Below, piece by piece: positions 18,106 through 28,189 of a stretch of 42,573 bases of DNA. The notes beneath the pieces are model-generated. The model saw only the letters and a program-made list of their open reading frames with translations, ran no database searches and was not told where the DNA came from. Within the stretch, counting starts at the first letter, position 1, and every line of letters begins with the position of its first letter. The stretch spans positions 1 to 42,573 of the forward strand of contig JBKCCA010000461.1 of the NCBI GenBank assembly GCA_046305595.1, written 5' to 3'. Source of the DNA: a bacterium (GTDB lineage Bacteria; Bacteroidota; Bacteroidia; Sphingobacteriales; Sphingobacteriaceae). The position numbers and the translations under genes are program-made.

Positions 18106-18457
18106 CTTCTTTTTTATTGATGCGATTAAATAATTCATCCATACGAGAAACATATTCAGCTGAATCGTCGATAAAGAATTCTAAGTGTGGAACTATTCTC
18201 GCTTGATTGCGAATACGCTCACCTAGTTTAAATCTTATCTCTTTGGTTTGAACTTTAATCTCATTTAACATTTGTTCTTTATTGCTAGAATTAAAGAAAC
18301 TTAAATATACTCTCGCTACCGATAAGTCTGGTGATATTCTTACCATAGTAATAGTGATAATCGTATTACCATGAAATGATAATCCTGATTTTTGAAAAAT
18401 ATCACTTAATTCTTTTTGAATTATTCTCGCAAATTTCTGTTGTCTTTTCGATTCCAT
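18095..18457 (-). CDS. rbfA: Ribosome-binding factor A
   Basis: 120 aa. RQQKFARIIQKELSDIF and ITITMVRISPDLSVARVYLS are typical RbfA. Confidence 0.9.
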   Translation of the reverse strand: MESKRQQKFARIIQKELSDIFQKSGLSFHGNTIITITMVRISPDLSVARVYLSFFNSSNKEQMLNEIKVQTKEIRFKLGERIRNQARIVPHLEFFIDDSAEYVSRMDELFNRINKKEDEN

Positions 18458-18458
18458 A

Positions 18459-19280
18459 TCAGGTATGCAGATTGTCTTTTAAATATAATGTTAATTCTTC
18501 TTTTGTCCACTTTTCTTCTAAAGCTATCATATTGCCAGCATCAACAAATACTGGTGGCTTCGACTTAAGTGTGACTCTTATGTAATGATGATTATAAACA
18601 TCTAATGCTATATGGCATGGTTTAATATCACCTTGTTCTAAATTTCTTTTTTTAGAGCGGATGTATAAATCAAAATCTGCTCCTTGTATTCTCTCATCCC
18701 AAAAGCCTAATAAATCTAATGCTTTGCGATTAAATAAAACTGAGTTACCAACGAAACCTTCTACGGTTTGTAACTTAAATTTATTGTATCGTTCATCACA
18801 GAATTTCTCCCAGTTGCCATACATTAATTTATGCATCAATCTGAAACTTGTTTCTGATCTGTTAAAAAAGGAAATAACGTTTTTAATTTTTTTCCATTTT
18901 CTACCGATACGCTTTGTCTCTTCTAAACTCTCTACTCTTTCAATTCCACAAATAGTTATCACATCTAAACCATTATGCGACATGCTTTCTAATAAATGCT
19001 TGTCCCAGTGCTTAGCCACCGTTATATCATTATTCAAAAATGCAAAAGTATCATACTTTGCAATTTTGATTCCTTGGTTTTGAGTGTAAGGGTATGAATA
19101 GTTGGCTGCATTTTCAATTACCACTGCACCATTTTCTTTGAAGAACTCTTTGCTACCATCGGTAGAATTATTATCAATAATGATGAGTTCGAATGGGTGA
19201 TAAGTGTATTTCTGCAGGTATTCTAAAAATATTTTATTGATGGCTAATTGATTGTGAATAGCCGTTATTATACTAATCAT
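18459..19280 (-). CDS. Family 2 glycosyltransferase
   Basis: ATG 19280 gives MISIITAIHNQ...; the ORF-track start 19292 is a TTG. LIIIDNNSTDGS motif of GT-A/GT2 enzymes. Stop lies 1 nt before the rbfA start. Confidence 0.8.
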   Translation of the reverse strand: MISIITAIHNQLAINKIFLEYLQKYTYHPFELIIIDNNSTDGSKEFFKENGAVVIENAANYSYPYTQNQGIKIAKYDTFAFLNNDITVAKHWDKHLLESMSHNGLDVITICGIERVESLEETKRIGRKWKKIKNVISFFNRSETSFRLMHKLMYGNWEKFCDERYNKFKLQTVEGFVGNSVLFNRKALDLLGFWDERIQGADFDLYIRSKKRNLEQGDIKPCHIALDVYNHHYIRVTLKSKPPVFVDAGNMIALEEKWTKEELTLYLKDNLHT

Positions 19281-19350
19281 ATTCAAAAACAAAGATACTA
19301 TTCTAATTAGCTATTATCTATTGAAATAATTGTATTATTTTGCATGGTCA

Positions 19351-21174
19351 ATGAAAATATATTTTAAAATACTCGCTTTTGCCCGCCCCTTGAACAGATT
19401 TGTGCCTAAATACGCTGTTTTAGCGGTTTTGGCGGTCTTATTCGGATTGGTGAATTTCACATTGCTGATTCCTTTGTTGAATGTGATTTTCGAAAAAGTG
19501 GAGCCAAAGACCATTACTTCATTGCCAAGTTTTAGCTTAAGCATCGATTATGCTTCATCATTATTTGATTATTATTTCTATAAAATATATTCTCAATATG
19601 GGCAATCAGGTGCCTTACAATTTGTATGTGCTATCATTATCATCTCTGTATTCTTCGCAAACATGTTTCGCTATTGGTCGCAAAGAGTATTGACCTCTAT
19701 GCGTACTTATGTAATTAAAAATATTCGTGAAAGCTTGTTCAAAAAAATCACTGATTTACATGTGGGTTATTTTCATAATCAACGTAAGGGTGATATTATG
19801 TCGAGCTTATCGAACGATGTTAATGAAATCGAGACATCCGTAGTAAGCTCTGTGCAAGTTGTATTCAGAGAACCATTGATGATTGTTGGTTATATTATTC
19901 TATTGTTTACGATGTCGTTTAAATTGACATTGTTTACGTTAATTGTATTGCCGATATCGGGTGTTGTTATTACTACTATTTCGAGAAGGTTGAGAAAAGA
20001 TGCGAAGATGGGGCAAACACTTTTAGGAAATATATTAAGCATCATTGAAGAAAGTATTTCTGGTATCAGAATTATTAAAGCATTTAATGCTCAAGCTTAT
20101 GTCAACAAAAAGTTCGACGAGCAAAATTCTAAATATAGAAGTGTTTTAAAGTCGATGTGGAATAAAAGAGAATTGGCATCGCCGATCTCTGAATTCTTAG
20201 GCGTGGGCGTTGTGGTCTTAGTTATTTTATACGGAGGTCAACTCGTATTAGAGAATCGTTCTGACTTGAACGCATCTGAGTTTATCACCTATATTATTTT
20301 GTACTCACAAATATTGGTGCCTGCAAAAAATATTTCTTCAGCATTAACAAATATTCAAAGAGGCATTGCATCTGGTGAAAGAATTTTTGAAATTTTAGAA
20401 CATGAAGTTGCGATAAAAGAATCAAATGATGCAATACATATTGCTGATTTCAAAGATAAGATTGAATACAAAAATGTGAGTTTTCAATATGCCGATAAAA
20501 AGGTATTGAACAATGTGAATCTTAGTGTTGAGAAGGGTAAGATGATTGCATTAGTGGGTGCTTCGGGTGCAGGTAAATCAACCATGGCAGATTTGTTACC
20601 TCGTTTTTACGATGTCACTGAAGGTGCAATAATGATTGATGGTGTTGACATCCGTAAGGTAAAATTATCAGATCTAAATCACTTGATGGGAATTGTTACG
20701 CAAGAATCTATTTTGTTTAATGATACCATTTTCAAAAATATTTCTTTTGGTAATGAGAGTGCAACGGAAGAGCAAGTGATAGAAGCTGCGAAGATTGCGA
20801 ATGCACATGAGTTCATTCATAAGATGGAGCAAGGCTATCATACAAATATTGGTGATAGGGGTTCGAAGTTATCGGGCGGACAAAGACAGAGGTTGTCGAT
20901 TGCGAGAGCGGTACTAAAGAATCCGCCGATCTTAATTTTAGACGAAGCAACATCAGCATTAGATACCGAGTCAGAAAGATTGGTACAAGAAGCAATTCAA
21001 AATTTAATGCGCAATAGAACATCACTTGTTATCGCGCATAGATTATCTACGATACAACATGCTGATCAAATTGTAGTGATGCAACATGGTGAAATTATTG
21101 AACAAGGCAAACACCAAGAATTACTAGATAAAGCTGGGGTTTATAAACGCTTGTTTGATATGCAAGGATTTTAA
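19351..21174 (+). CDS. ABC transporter ATP-binding/permease fusion (MsbA-like exporter)
   Basis: ATG 19351 is preferred over TTG 19330. Six-TM domain followed by an NBD with Walker A GASGAGKST, signature LSGGQRQR and Walker B ILILDEATSALD. Confidence 0.9.
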   Translation: MKIYFKILAFARPLNRFVPKYAVLAVLAVLFGLVNFTLLIPLLNVIFEKVEPKTITSLPSFSLSIDYASSLFDYYFYKIYSQYGQSGALQFVCAIIIISVFFANMFRYWSQRVLTSMRTYVIKNIRESLFKKITDLHVGYFHNQRKGDIMSSLSNDVNEIETSVVSSVQVVFREPLMIVGYIILLFTMSFKLTLFTLIVLPISGVVITTISRRLRKDAKMGQTLLGNILSIIEESISGIRIIKAFNAQAYVNKKFDEQNSKYRSVLKSMWNKRELASPISEFLGVGVVVLVILYGGQLVLENRSDLNASEFITYIILYSQILVPAKNISSALTNIQRGIASGERIFEILEHEVAIKESNDAIHIADFKDKIEYKNVSFQYADKKVLNNVNLSVEKGKMIALVGASGAGKSTMADLLPRFYDVTEGAIMIDGVDIRKVKLSDLNHLMGIVTQESILFNDTIFKNISFGNESATEEQVIEAAKIANAHEFIHKMEQGYHTNIGDRGSKLSGGQRQRLSIARAVLKNPPILILDEATSALDTESERLVQEAIQNLMRNRTSLVIAHRLSTIQHADQIVVMQHGEIIEQGKHQELLDKAGVYKRLFDMQGF

Positions 21175-22341
21175 TTAGTACAATAAGTGATTATTCGGAT
21201 AACGTTCTAAGTGCATCTCTTTCACTTTATCGTAAAGTAATTGTCTGAATTCAGTTACACCTTCGTTTTTAGTAGCAGATATAAAAATTGCAGGAGCATT
21301 CGCTTTCGCCATCCATGTATTTTTAAAATCTTTAATGCTCATTGGTTGTTCTGAATTTTTATAAGCATCCACTTTATTGAAAACCATAATCATTGGTTTG
21401 TCTAATGATTCTAGGTCTTTCAGCGTATCGTTAACGGTGTTAATATGATCTTCGAAACTATGATGTGAAATATCTACAACGTGTAATAAGATATCGGCTT
21501 CTTTCACTTCAGCTAATGTAGAATTGAAACATTCAATTAAATGATGCGGAAGTTTACGTATGAATCCGACAGTATCTGATAATAAAAAAGGCAAGTTTTC
21601 AATTACTACTTTTCGAACGGTAGTATCTAGTGTCGCGAACAATTTATTTTCTGCGAATACTTCAGACTTAGATAAAACATTCATGATAGTTGACTTACCA
21701 ACGTTGGTATAACCTACCAATGCCACACGAATTAACTCACCACGATTTCTGCGTTGTGTTTCGTTTTGGCGATCAATGATTTCTAATTTCTCTTTGAGTA
21801 ATGAAACTTTATTTAAGATAATACGACGGTCAGTTTCAATTTGTGACTCACCTGGTCCGCGCATACCGATACCCCCCTTTTGACGTTCCAAATGCGTCCA
21901 CATTCTTGTAAGTCGAGGTAATAAATATTGTAATTGAGCTAATTCAACTTGAGTTTTCGCTTGGGCTGTTTGAGCGCGACTAGCGAAAATATCGAGAATC
22001 AAATTACTACGATCGAGTACACGAACTTTTAATTCACGTTCGATGTTACGTAATTGTGAAGGTGTAAGTTCATCGTCGAAAATAACGATGTCGATTTCTT
22101 CGACCTTTACATATTCAATAATTTCTTCGAGTTTACCCTTGCCTACATAAGTACGAACATCGGGTCTTTGAAGTTTTTGAGTAAAATATTTTTCAGATTT
22201 ACCACCTGCGGTTTCAACCAGAAAAGCAAGCTCATCGAGGTATTCGAGTTCTTGCTCTTCGGTTTCATCAGGTGTAATTACACCTACTAATATCGCTCTT
22301 TCTTGCTTTGCTGCAGTATCGTGTAATTTTCTTTTCGTCAT
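21175..22341 (-). CDS. hflX: GTPase HflX
   Basis: 388 aa. HflX N-terminal domain (ELAFLVETAGG, LQYLLPRL) and G-domain motifs LVGYTNVGKST, DTVGF, NKVD. Confidence 0.92.
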   Translation of the reverse strand: MTKRKLHDTAAKQERAILVGVITPDETEEQELEYLDELAFLVETAGGKSEKYFTQKLQRPDVRTYVGKGKLEEIIEYVKVEEIDIVIFDDELTPSQLRNIERELKVRVLDRSNLILDIFASRAQTAQAKTQVELAQLQYLLPRLTRMWTHLERQKGGIGMRGPGESQIETDRRIILNKVSLLKEKLEIIDRQNETQRRNRGELIRVALVGYTNVGKSTIMNVLSKSEVFAENKLFATLDTTVRKVVIENLPFLLSDTVGFIRKLPHHLIECFNSTLAEVKEADILLHVVDISHHSFEDHINTVNDTLKDLESLDKPMIMVFNKVDAYKNSEQPMSIKDFKNTWMAKANAPAIFISATKNEGVTEFRQLLYDKVKEMHLERYPNNHLLY

Positions 22342-22347
22342 TCTACG

Positions 22348-23046
22348 TTATTCCATCACCGCCGAGTCAGTAGCTGTAGAATCAACGCCTTCATTGTGTA
22401 CGCGAATTGATTTTACATATTCTGCCACTGCTAATATTTCTTGTTCTGTTAATTGCTCTTTGTAAGCAGGCATTAAATTTCTGCCATGTTTGATGATACC
22501 AATTAATCCTCTGTTCTCACATAAAGAACCAGTTAAATCAGTAGCGCCGTTGATACCAGCTTTACCATCTTCACCGTGGCATCTCATACAATTATTGATA
22601 TATATAGCTTTACCATGAACTAAAATATCATAGTTAGCAGCAGCAGTATCAGTTACTACTTCAGCCATAGAAGGCTTGCCGATACCTAATTTAATATCTT
22701 TAGTTTCTGTTTCTGATAAAGCGTAAACGTATAAGAACAAAATGGTAGAAATCACTGCCATTGCTTTATTGTTTTTCTTAAAGCCAATAACTCCAAGTAC
22801 AATACCCACTAAAACGAGTGTAACTTTCAAGTGGAACCATCCGCCTACATTAGCCATACCAATTTGAGCAATCATGTAAATACCCGACACTAAGAATAAA
22901 GTGCTGATAATCATGCTAGGTACTTTAGTAACCTTTTTATATTTTTCTAAGGATGTACTTCCAGAAAGAAGTAATATGGTTTTAATAACATAATCAAGTA
23001 AGAATAAACTTGCGCTGGCTACGTGAATTAAACTAATTGTCGTCAT
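22348..23046 (-). CDS. Membrane-anchored c-type cytochrome
   Basis: ATG 23046 (MTTISLIHVASASLF...) is preferred. Four N-terminal TM helices, then haem-binding CMRCHG and a distal Met (NLMPAY). Confidence 0.7.
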   Translation of the reverse strand: MTTISLIHVASASLFLLDYVIKTILLLSGSTSLEKYKKVTKVPSMIISTLFLVSGIYMIAQIGMANVGGWFHLKVTLVLVGIVLGVIGFKKNNKAMAVISTILFLYVYALSETETKDIKLGIGKPSMAEVVTDTAAANYDILVHGKAIYINNCMRCHGEDGKAGINGATDLTGSLCENRGLIGIIKHGRNLMPAYKEQLTEQEILAVAEYVKSIRVHNEGVDSTATDSAVME

Positions 23047-23149
23047 AAGGGAGTTTTTTTCCAAATATATAGCTTTTAGTATTATAAATAAAAAAAGCCT
23101 GCACCTTTCGGTCACAGGCTCCCCTATAAACGTCAAACTATGATGAGAC

Positions 23150-23500
23150 TTACAATAATTTGAAGTTCAATTTAATCATGTAGACTTCATCAGCTTCGTG
23201 GTTTACGCCTGATAAATTGATGTCTTCAATTTGTTGAATTACATAATCACGAACTTTAGCATCGCATTCGTTAGTGTTTATCACATCTACTTTGCCTTCT
23301 TCGTTCAAAGTGAACTCAACCATTACAGAAGTTGTCTTTACGCCATCAGCTTTTAAGAAGCGTGGGAAATCAACTTTTTCTTTAATAATTTTTGCAAGCA
23401 CATCTGCTGCATTTGCTTTAGCTACTGTTTCGCTAGCTGCTGCCATGTTTACTGTACCCATAACTATTAGGGCGATCAGTGTGAACAATTTCATTTTCAT
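23150..23500 (-). CDS. Hypothetical small secreted protein (TonB-C-terminal-like fold suspected)
   Basis: ATG 23500 gives the signal peptide MKMKLFTLIALIVMGTVNMAAA. The remainder (DFPRFLKADGVKTTSVMVEFTLNEEGKVDV) resembles TonB_C-type small domains. The product call is weak. Confidence 0.5.
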   Translation of the reverse strand: MKMKLFTLIALIVMGTVNMAAASETVAKANAADVLAKIIKEKVDFPRFLKADGVKTTSVMVEFTLNEEGKVDVINTNECDAKVRDYVIQQIEDINLSGVNHEADEVYMIKLNFKLL

Positions 23501-23711
23501 TTTATTTTGAATTAAGGTGAACAATTCTTTTTTATTATATCGACAGTACAAAAGTATATAGCCCCTATTAAATAATGTTGTTTTTATGTAACGTTGGTAA
23601 TACATGTATGTAAATAAAATGTGACTGTAATAGACTTGATATACAGAGCTTTATTTGAGAATTTATGATGTTGATTTTAATTAAGTATATTAGATATTCA
23701 ATACTAAACAA

Positions 23712-26702
23712 ATGAAGAAACTACTAAGTGTTATTGCTGTATTTTTTATCAGCTTGATTACAGTACAGGCTCAAGAGACGTTTCCTATAAACGGTGTTAA
23801 AGATTCTCGATCTAATATGTATGCATTTACGAATGCAAAAATTTACATCGATGCCGAAAAAATTATAGAAAATGCGACTCTCTTAATTAAAGACAATAAG
23901 GTTGTGAATGTAGGTGCCGGATTAGCTGTGCCTAAAGAAGCCATTGTTGTGAATTGTGAAGGTAAAACTATTTACCCCTCGTTTATTGACATGTATACTA
24001 GTTATGGTATGCCTGAGTTAAAACGCGCGAACAACAACAATAGAGGTCCGCAGTTCTTATCAAATAAAAAAGGAGCTTATCATTGGAACGAGGCTGTTAA
24101 GCCAGAGTATAATGCTAACGAAGAGTTTACTGTATCAGACGATAAAGCAAAGTCATTAAGAGAAATGGGTTTTGGTATGGTGATGAGTTTGCAAAAAGAT
24201 GGTATTGCTAGAGGTACCTCTGTATTAGTGAACACAAAAACTGATAAAGAAAATTTAGTAGTAGTTAAAGATAAGGTAAGTGCTAATTATTCTTTTTCAA
24301 AAGGTAATTCAACACAAGATTACCCTTCATCATTAATGGGTAGTATCGCATTATTGCGTCAAACTTTTTATGATGCAATGTGGTATGAGAAAAATAAAAA
24401 AGAATATAATCTTTCATACGAAGCATTGAACAATCAGAAGTCGATGTTGAAAATATTTGAGGTTACGGATGTTCACGATATTTTTAGAGCTGATAAAATT
24501 GCAAAAGAGTTCACGCTAAGTTTCGTTTATAAATCAAATGGTACAGAATATCAGCGATTGAAAGAATTGAAAAACATCAATGCGAATTTAATCATTGGCT
24601 TATCATTCCCTAAAGTTTATGATGTAGAAGATTATTACGATGCTTTGAATGTTAACATAGCAGAGTTGAAACATTGGGAGCTAGCTCCATACAATGCAGC
24701 TTATTTAGAAAAAGAAAAAATTCGTTTTGCGATAACTGCATCAGATAATAAATCGGCATCAGAGTTTTATGGTAATTTGAGAAAGGCAGTGAAAGCTGGA
24801 CTTTCAGAGAGACAAACATTGCAGTCATTGACAAGTGTACCTGCACAAATGTTAGGAGTAGCAGATCAGGTGGGTAGTTTAAAAGCTGGACTAAAAGCAA
24901 ACTTTATAATAGCGAGTGGAAATATATTAACAGATGAAGATGCTTCTATTTTAGAAAATTGGGTAGAGGGTTCACAATATGTTATTAATACAACAAAGCC
25001 ATTCGATATCAGAGGTAAGTATGATTTGAAATTATCAAATGGTAAATCATATGAACTAAATATTAAAGGATCGAAAGACAAACCAGAGTTAAGCCTACTT
25101 AAATCAGATAGCTCTAATGTAAAATTGAGCTATCAATGGAATGCAGATCAAATTTCAATGGTCTTTAATTTATCAGACAGTTCAGCAAAAGGAAAAATTA
25201 GATTAAGCGGTACCATCCTAAGTAATAATAACACTATTAAAATGATGGGTGAAGGTATGGCAGCGAGTACGGTTATCACTTGGTCGGCTAATTTCAAATC
25301 GAAAATAGAAGAGAAGAAAGAAGAAAATAAAAAAGCAGAAGAAGCTGAAAAAGTTGCAGAGATAGTTTATCCATTTGCAGCTTATGGAAGTACTTCTTTA
25401 CCGAAGGCAGAAAAGTGGTTGATAAAAAATGCAACTGTTTGGACGAATGAGTCAGAAGGTAAAATCGAAAATGCAGATGTATTAATTGTAGATGGAAAAA
25501 TTGCGAAAGTTGGGAAATCAATAGTGGCTGGCGATGCAAAGCAAATTGATGGAACAGGAAAACATGTAACAGCAGGTATCATTGATGAACACTCGCATAT
25601 TGGAATAACACGTGGAGTGAATGAAGGTACACAATCAGTAACATCAGAAGTAAGAATTGGAGATGCATTAGAACCAGATGATGTAAATATCTACAGACAG
25701 TTAGCGGGCGGAGTAACATCATCACAATTATTGCATGGTTCAGCGAACCCAGTGGGCGGACAATCAGCATTGATAAAATTACGTTGGGGAAAGATGGCAG
25801 AAGAATTGAAGTTTGAAGGAGCAGATCAATTTATAAAATTTGCACTAGGTGAAAACGTAAAGCAATCGAATTGGGGAGATAATAATAGAGTAAGATTTCC
25901 GCAGACGAGAATGGGTGTAGAGCAAGTATATATAGATGCATTTACAAGAGCGAAAGAATATGAGCAAAGCATGAAGACACCTGGTTTCAGAAGAGATTTA
26001 GAGTTAGATGCATTGTTAGAAATTGTAAATAAGAAAAGATTTATTACTTGTCACTCGTATGTACAATCAGAAATAAATATGTTGATGAAAGTTGCAGAGA
26101 TGTTCAATTTCAATGTGAATACCTTCACACATATTTTAGAAGGCTATAAAGTTGCTGATAAAATGAAAATGCATAATGCCAATGCGAGTACCTTCTCAGA
26201 TTGGTGGGCATATAAGTATGAGGTTATAGATGCGATACCATATAATGCTGCGATTATGACGAAAGTTGGAGTAAATACTTCAATTAATTCGGATGATGCA
26301 GAGATGGCACGTCGTCTGAATCAAGAGGCTGCGAAGGCAGTAAAATATGGAGGTGTAACAGAAGAAGAGGCTTTGAAAATGGTTACTTTAAATCCGGCGA
26401 AGATGTTACACGTTGATGATAAGGTAGGAAGTTTAAAAGCAGGGAAGAGTGCAGATTTAGTTATCTGGACAGATCATCCACTATCGATATATGCTAAGCC
26501 AGTAAAAACATTTGTTGATGGTGTAGATTATTTTGATGCAGAGAGAGATTTGAAATTACGTGAAGATATTAGAAAAGAGAGAGAGCGATTAATTCAGAAA
26601 TCTTTAGATCAAAAGAAAATCGGAATGCCAACGCAAAAGCCAGCGAAGGCAGAGAGAAAATTATATCATTGCGATGATGCAGAAAATGAAATGTCGTACT
26701 AA
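23712..26702 (+). CDS. Secreted amidohydrolase-family protein with two tandem amidohydrolase-like modules
   Basis: 996 aa with signal peptide MKKLLSVIAVFFISLITVQA. The C-terminal module has the metal-binding HxH (GIIDEHSHIG, HSH codons 25590..25598). The N-terminal module has DMYTSY at the equivalent place. Both modules end in a ...VGSLKAG... segment. Confidence 0.85.
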   Translation: MKKLLSVIAVFFISLITVQAQETFPINGVKDSRSNMYAFTNAKIYIDAEKIIENATLLIKDNKVVNVGAGLAVPKEAIVVNCEGKTIYPSFIDMYTSYGMPELKRANNNNRGPQFLSNKKGAYHWNEAVKPEYNANEEFTVSDDKAKSLREMGFGMVMSLQKDGIARGTSVLVNTKTDKENLVVVKDKVSANYSFSKGNSTQDYPSSLMGSIALLRQTFYDAMWYEKNKKEYNLSYEALNNQKSMLKIFEVTDVHDIFRADKIAKEFTLSFVYKSNGTEYQRLKELKNINANLIIGLSFPKVYDVEDYYDALNVNIAELKHWELAPYNAAYLEKEKIRFAITASDNKSASEFYGNLRKAVKAGLSERQTLQSLTSVPAQMLGVADQVGSLKAGLKANFIIASGNILTDEDASILENWVEGSQYVINTTKPFDIRGKYDLKLSNGKSYELNIKGSKDKPELSLLKSDSSNVKLSYQWNADQISMVFNLSDSSAKGKIRLSGTILSNNNTIKMMGEGMAASTVITWSANFKSKIEEKKEENKKAEEAEKVAEIVYPFAAYGSTSLPKAEKWLIKNATVWTNESEGKIENADVLIVDGKIAKVGKSIVAGDAKQIDGTGKHVTAGIIDEHSHIGITRGVNEGTQSVTSEVRIGDALEPDDVNIYRQLAGGVTSSQLLHGSANPVGGQSALIKLRWGKMAEELKFEGADQFIKFALGENVKQSNWGDNNRVRFPQTRMGVEQVYIDAFTRAKEYEQSMKTPGFRRDLELDALLEIVNKKRFITCHSYVQSEINMLMKVAEMFNFNVNTFTHILEGYKVADKMKMHNANASTFSDWWAYKYEVIDAIPYNAAIMTKVGVNTSINSDDAEMARRLNQEAAKAVKYGGVTEEEALKMVTLNPAKMLHVDDKVGSLKAGKSADLVIWTDHPLSIYAKPVKTFVDGVDYFDAERDLKLREDIRKERERLIQKSLDQKKIGMPTQKPAKAERKLYHCDDAENEMSY

Positions 26703-26715
26703 TTAGCTAAGCAAG

Positions 26716-27990
26716 ATGAAAAAGATAATCATAATCATATTAATATTTGTTACGAGTGTAAATGCTTGGGCACAAAAGCCAAGTAAGGTGCAGAGTAAGA
26801 AAATAATTATCAAGAACGCTACCATCCACATTGGTAATACACAAGTTATTGAAAATGGTACTGTCGTTTTTGAAAAAGGAATTTTAACCTATGTAGGTAA
26901 TGCGAATCAATCAGAGACGGGTGCAGAAGTTATTGATGCAACGGGTAAACATATTTATCCGGGTTTGATCGCACCCTTTACAAAAATCGGATTAGAGGAG
27001 ATTGAATCAATAAGAGCAACGCTTGATTATGCTGAGGTAGGCAATACGAATCCGAATGTTCGTTCAATTATTGCATACAATACAGATTCAAAAATAATTC
27101 CGACTATTAGATCGAATGGTATTTTAACGGCATTGATAGTACCTCAAGGAGGATCGATACCAGGTACATCATCATTGGTAAAATTAGACGGATGGAATTG
27201 GGAAGATGCAGTGTACAAAACAGATTTGGCGGTGCATGTAAATTGGCCGCGTATGCGTGTGTTCAATGCTTGGTGGGCGCCACCTGCAGAAGAGCAGCGT
27301 AAAAATTCAGAATCAGCGATGTTAGAGTTGAAGAAATTTTTTGATGAAGCATATGCTTATTCAAAAATGTCGAGTGTTGCTGAAAAGAATTTAAAGTTTG
27401 AAGCAATGAGAGATATTTTTTCAGGTAAGAAAAAATTAATCATTGCAGTAGGTTCAGCAAAAGAAATTACTTCGGCAGTAAACTTCTCGAAATCATATGG
27501 AATCACTCCGGTTTTAGCAGGAGGTAATGATGCAATTACAACCTTAGATTTTATAAAGGAGCAAGGTGTAAGTATGATATTAGAGCAACCACATGCATTG
27601 CCAGATAGAGATGATGAAGATGTTGATTTACCATTTAAGCGTGCAAGTATTTTGAAAGCTAAAGGTATACCCTTCTGCTTATCGATAGATGGTAGCTGGC
27701 AACAACGAAACTTGCCATTTATGGCAGGTACTGCAGCAGCATACGGATTAACGAAAGAAGAAGCATTGAAAGCAGTTTCATTAGATGCAGCCGAGGTCTT
27801 AGGAGTATCAAAAACACTAGGCTCATTAGAAATAGGTAAAGATGCAACTTTATTAATTTCTGATGGTGACTTATTAGACATGCGTACATCGAATGTAACA
27901 CGAGCTTTTATTAAGGGTGCGGAGATTGATTTAGATAATAAGCAGAAGGAATTGTATAGATTGTATTCGGAGAAATACAATCTGAAATAA
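26716..27990 (+). CDS. Secreted amidohydrolase-family protein (HxH motif not evident)
   Basis: 424 aa with a signal peptide. Composite-domain N-terminus (ATIHIGN...ATGKHIYPGLIAPFTKIG) and C-terminal LGSLEIGKDATLLI resemble the upstream gene. Confidence 0.8.
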   Translation: MKKIIIIILIFVTSVNAWAQKPSKVQSKKIIIKNATIHIGNTQVIENGTVVFEKGILTYVGNANQSETGAEVIDATGKHIYPGLIAPFTKIGLEEIESIRATLDYAEVGNTNPNVRSIIAYNTDSKIIPTIRSNGILTALIVPQGGSIPGTSSLVKLDGWNWEDAVYKTDLAVHVNWPRMRVFNAWWAPPAEEQRKNSESAMLELKKFFDEAYAYSKMSSVAEKNLKFEAMRDIFSGKKKLIIAVGSAKEITSAVNFSKSYGITPVLAGGNDAITTLDFIKEQGVSMILEQPHALPDRDDEDVDLPFKRASILKAKGIPFCLSIDGSWQQRNLPFMAGTAAAYGLTKEEALKAVSLDAAEVLGVSKTLGSLEIGKDATLLISDGDLLDMRTSNVTRAFIKGAEIDLDNKQKELYRLYSEKYNLK

Positions 27991-27995
27991 ATTTT

Positions 27996-28146
27996 TCTTT
28001 CTTCACCTTTTAAATTTTCTAAATGAAAAAAGTAATTAGCTCCTCTGCAATAATTTAATAAAATGCAACGGTAATTACTTTATATTTTCTATTAATATTA
28101 TCACACCTTTTCATTTAGAAAATTTAAAAGGTTAGAGAGATTTTTT
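27996..28146 (+). repeat. Long-stem palindromic element, copy B
   Basis: Perfect 25-bp arms 28005..28029 / 28108..28132. Outer 7-bp extension 27996..28002 / 28134..28140, then T6 (28141..28146). Inner stem AAGTAATTA 28030..28038 / TAATTACTT 28072..28080. Starts 6 nt after the amidohydrolase stop. Confidence 0.85.
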
Positions 28147-28155
28147 CTTAGTAGT

Positions 28156-28183
28156 ATATTCTAGTAACTAGTTACTAGAATAT
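28156..28183. repeat. Perfect 28-bp palindrome inside a heptad-periodic tract (28147..28181)
   Basis: ATATTCTAGTAACT|AGTTACTAGAATAT; every position pairs. Heptads CTTAGTA GTATATT CTAGTAA CTAGTTA CTAGAAT. Lies between element copies B and C. Confidence 0.9.
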
Positions 28184-28189
28184 CGCATA

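Noticed and set aside
27357-27980. Long antisense ORFs in the six-frame track: 27357..27980 (-), 2444..2926 (-), 1679..2089 (-), 38491..38904 (+), 18661..19083 (+), 17508..17897 (+), 9..398 (-), 39058..39411 (+), 40998..41300 (-) and smaller ones.
   Set aside because: Each lies entirely inside a well-supported gene on the opposite strand. Each has low-complexity, Ser/Leu/Phe/Ile-rich translations with no recognisable motifs. They are typical shadow ORFs.
27961-27980. Hairpin TTGTATT-CGGAGA-AATACAA at the very end of the second amidohydrolase CDS, considered as its terminator.
   Set aside because: It has only 7 A/T-rich base pairs inside coding sequence. The much stronger long-stem element plus T6 immediately downstream is the more plausible terminator.
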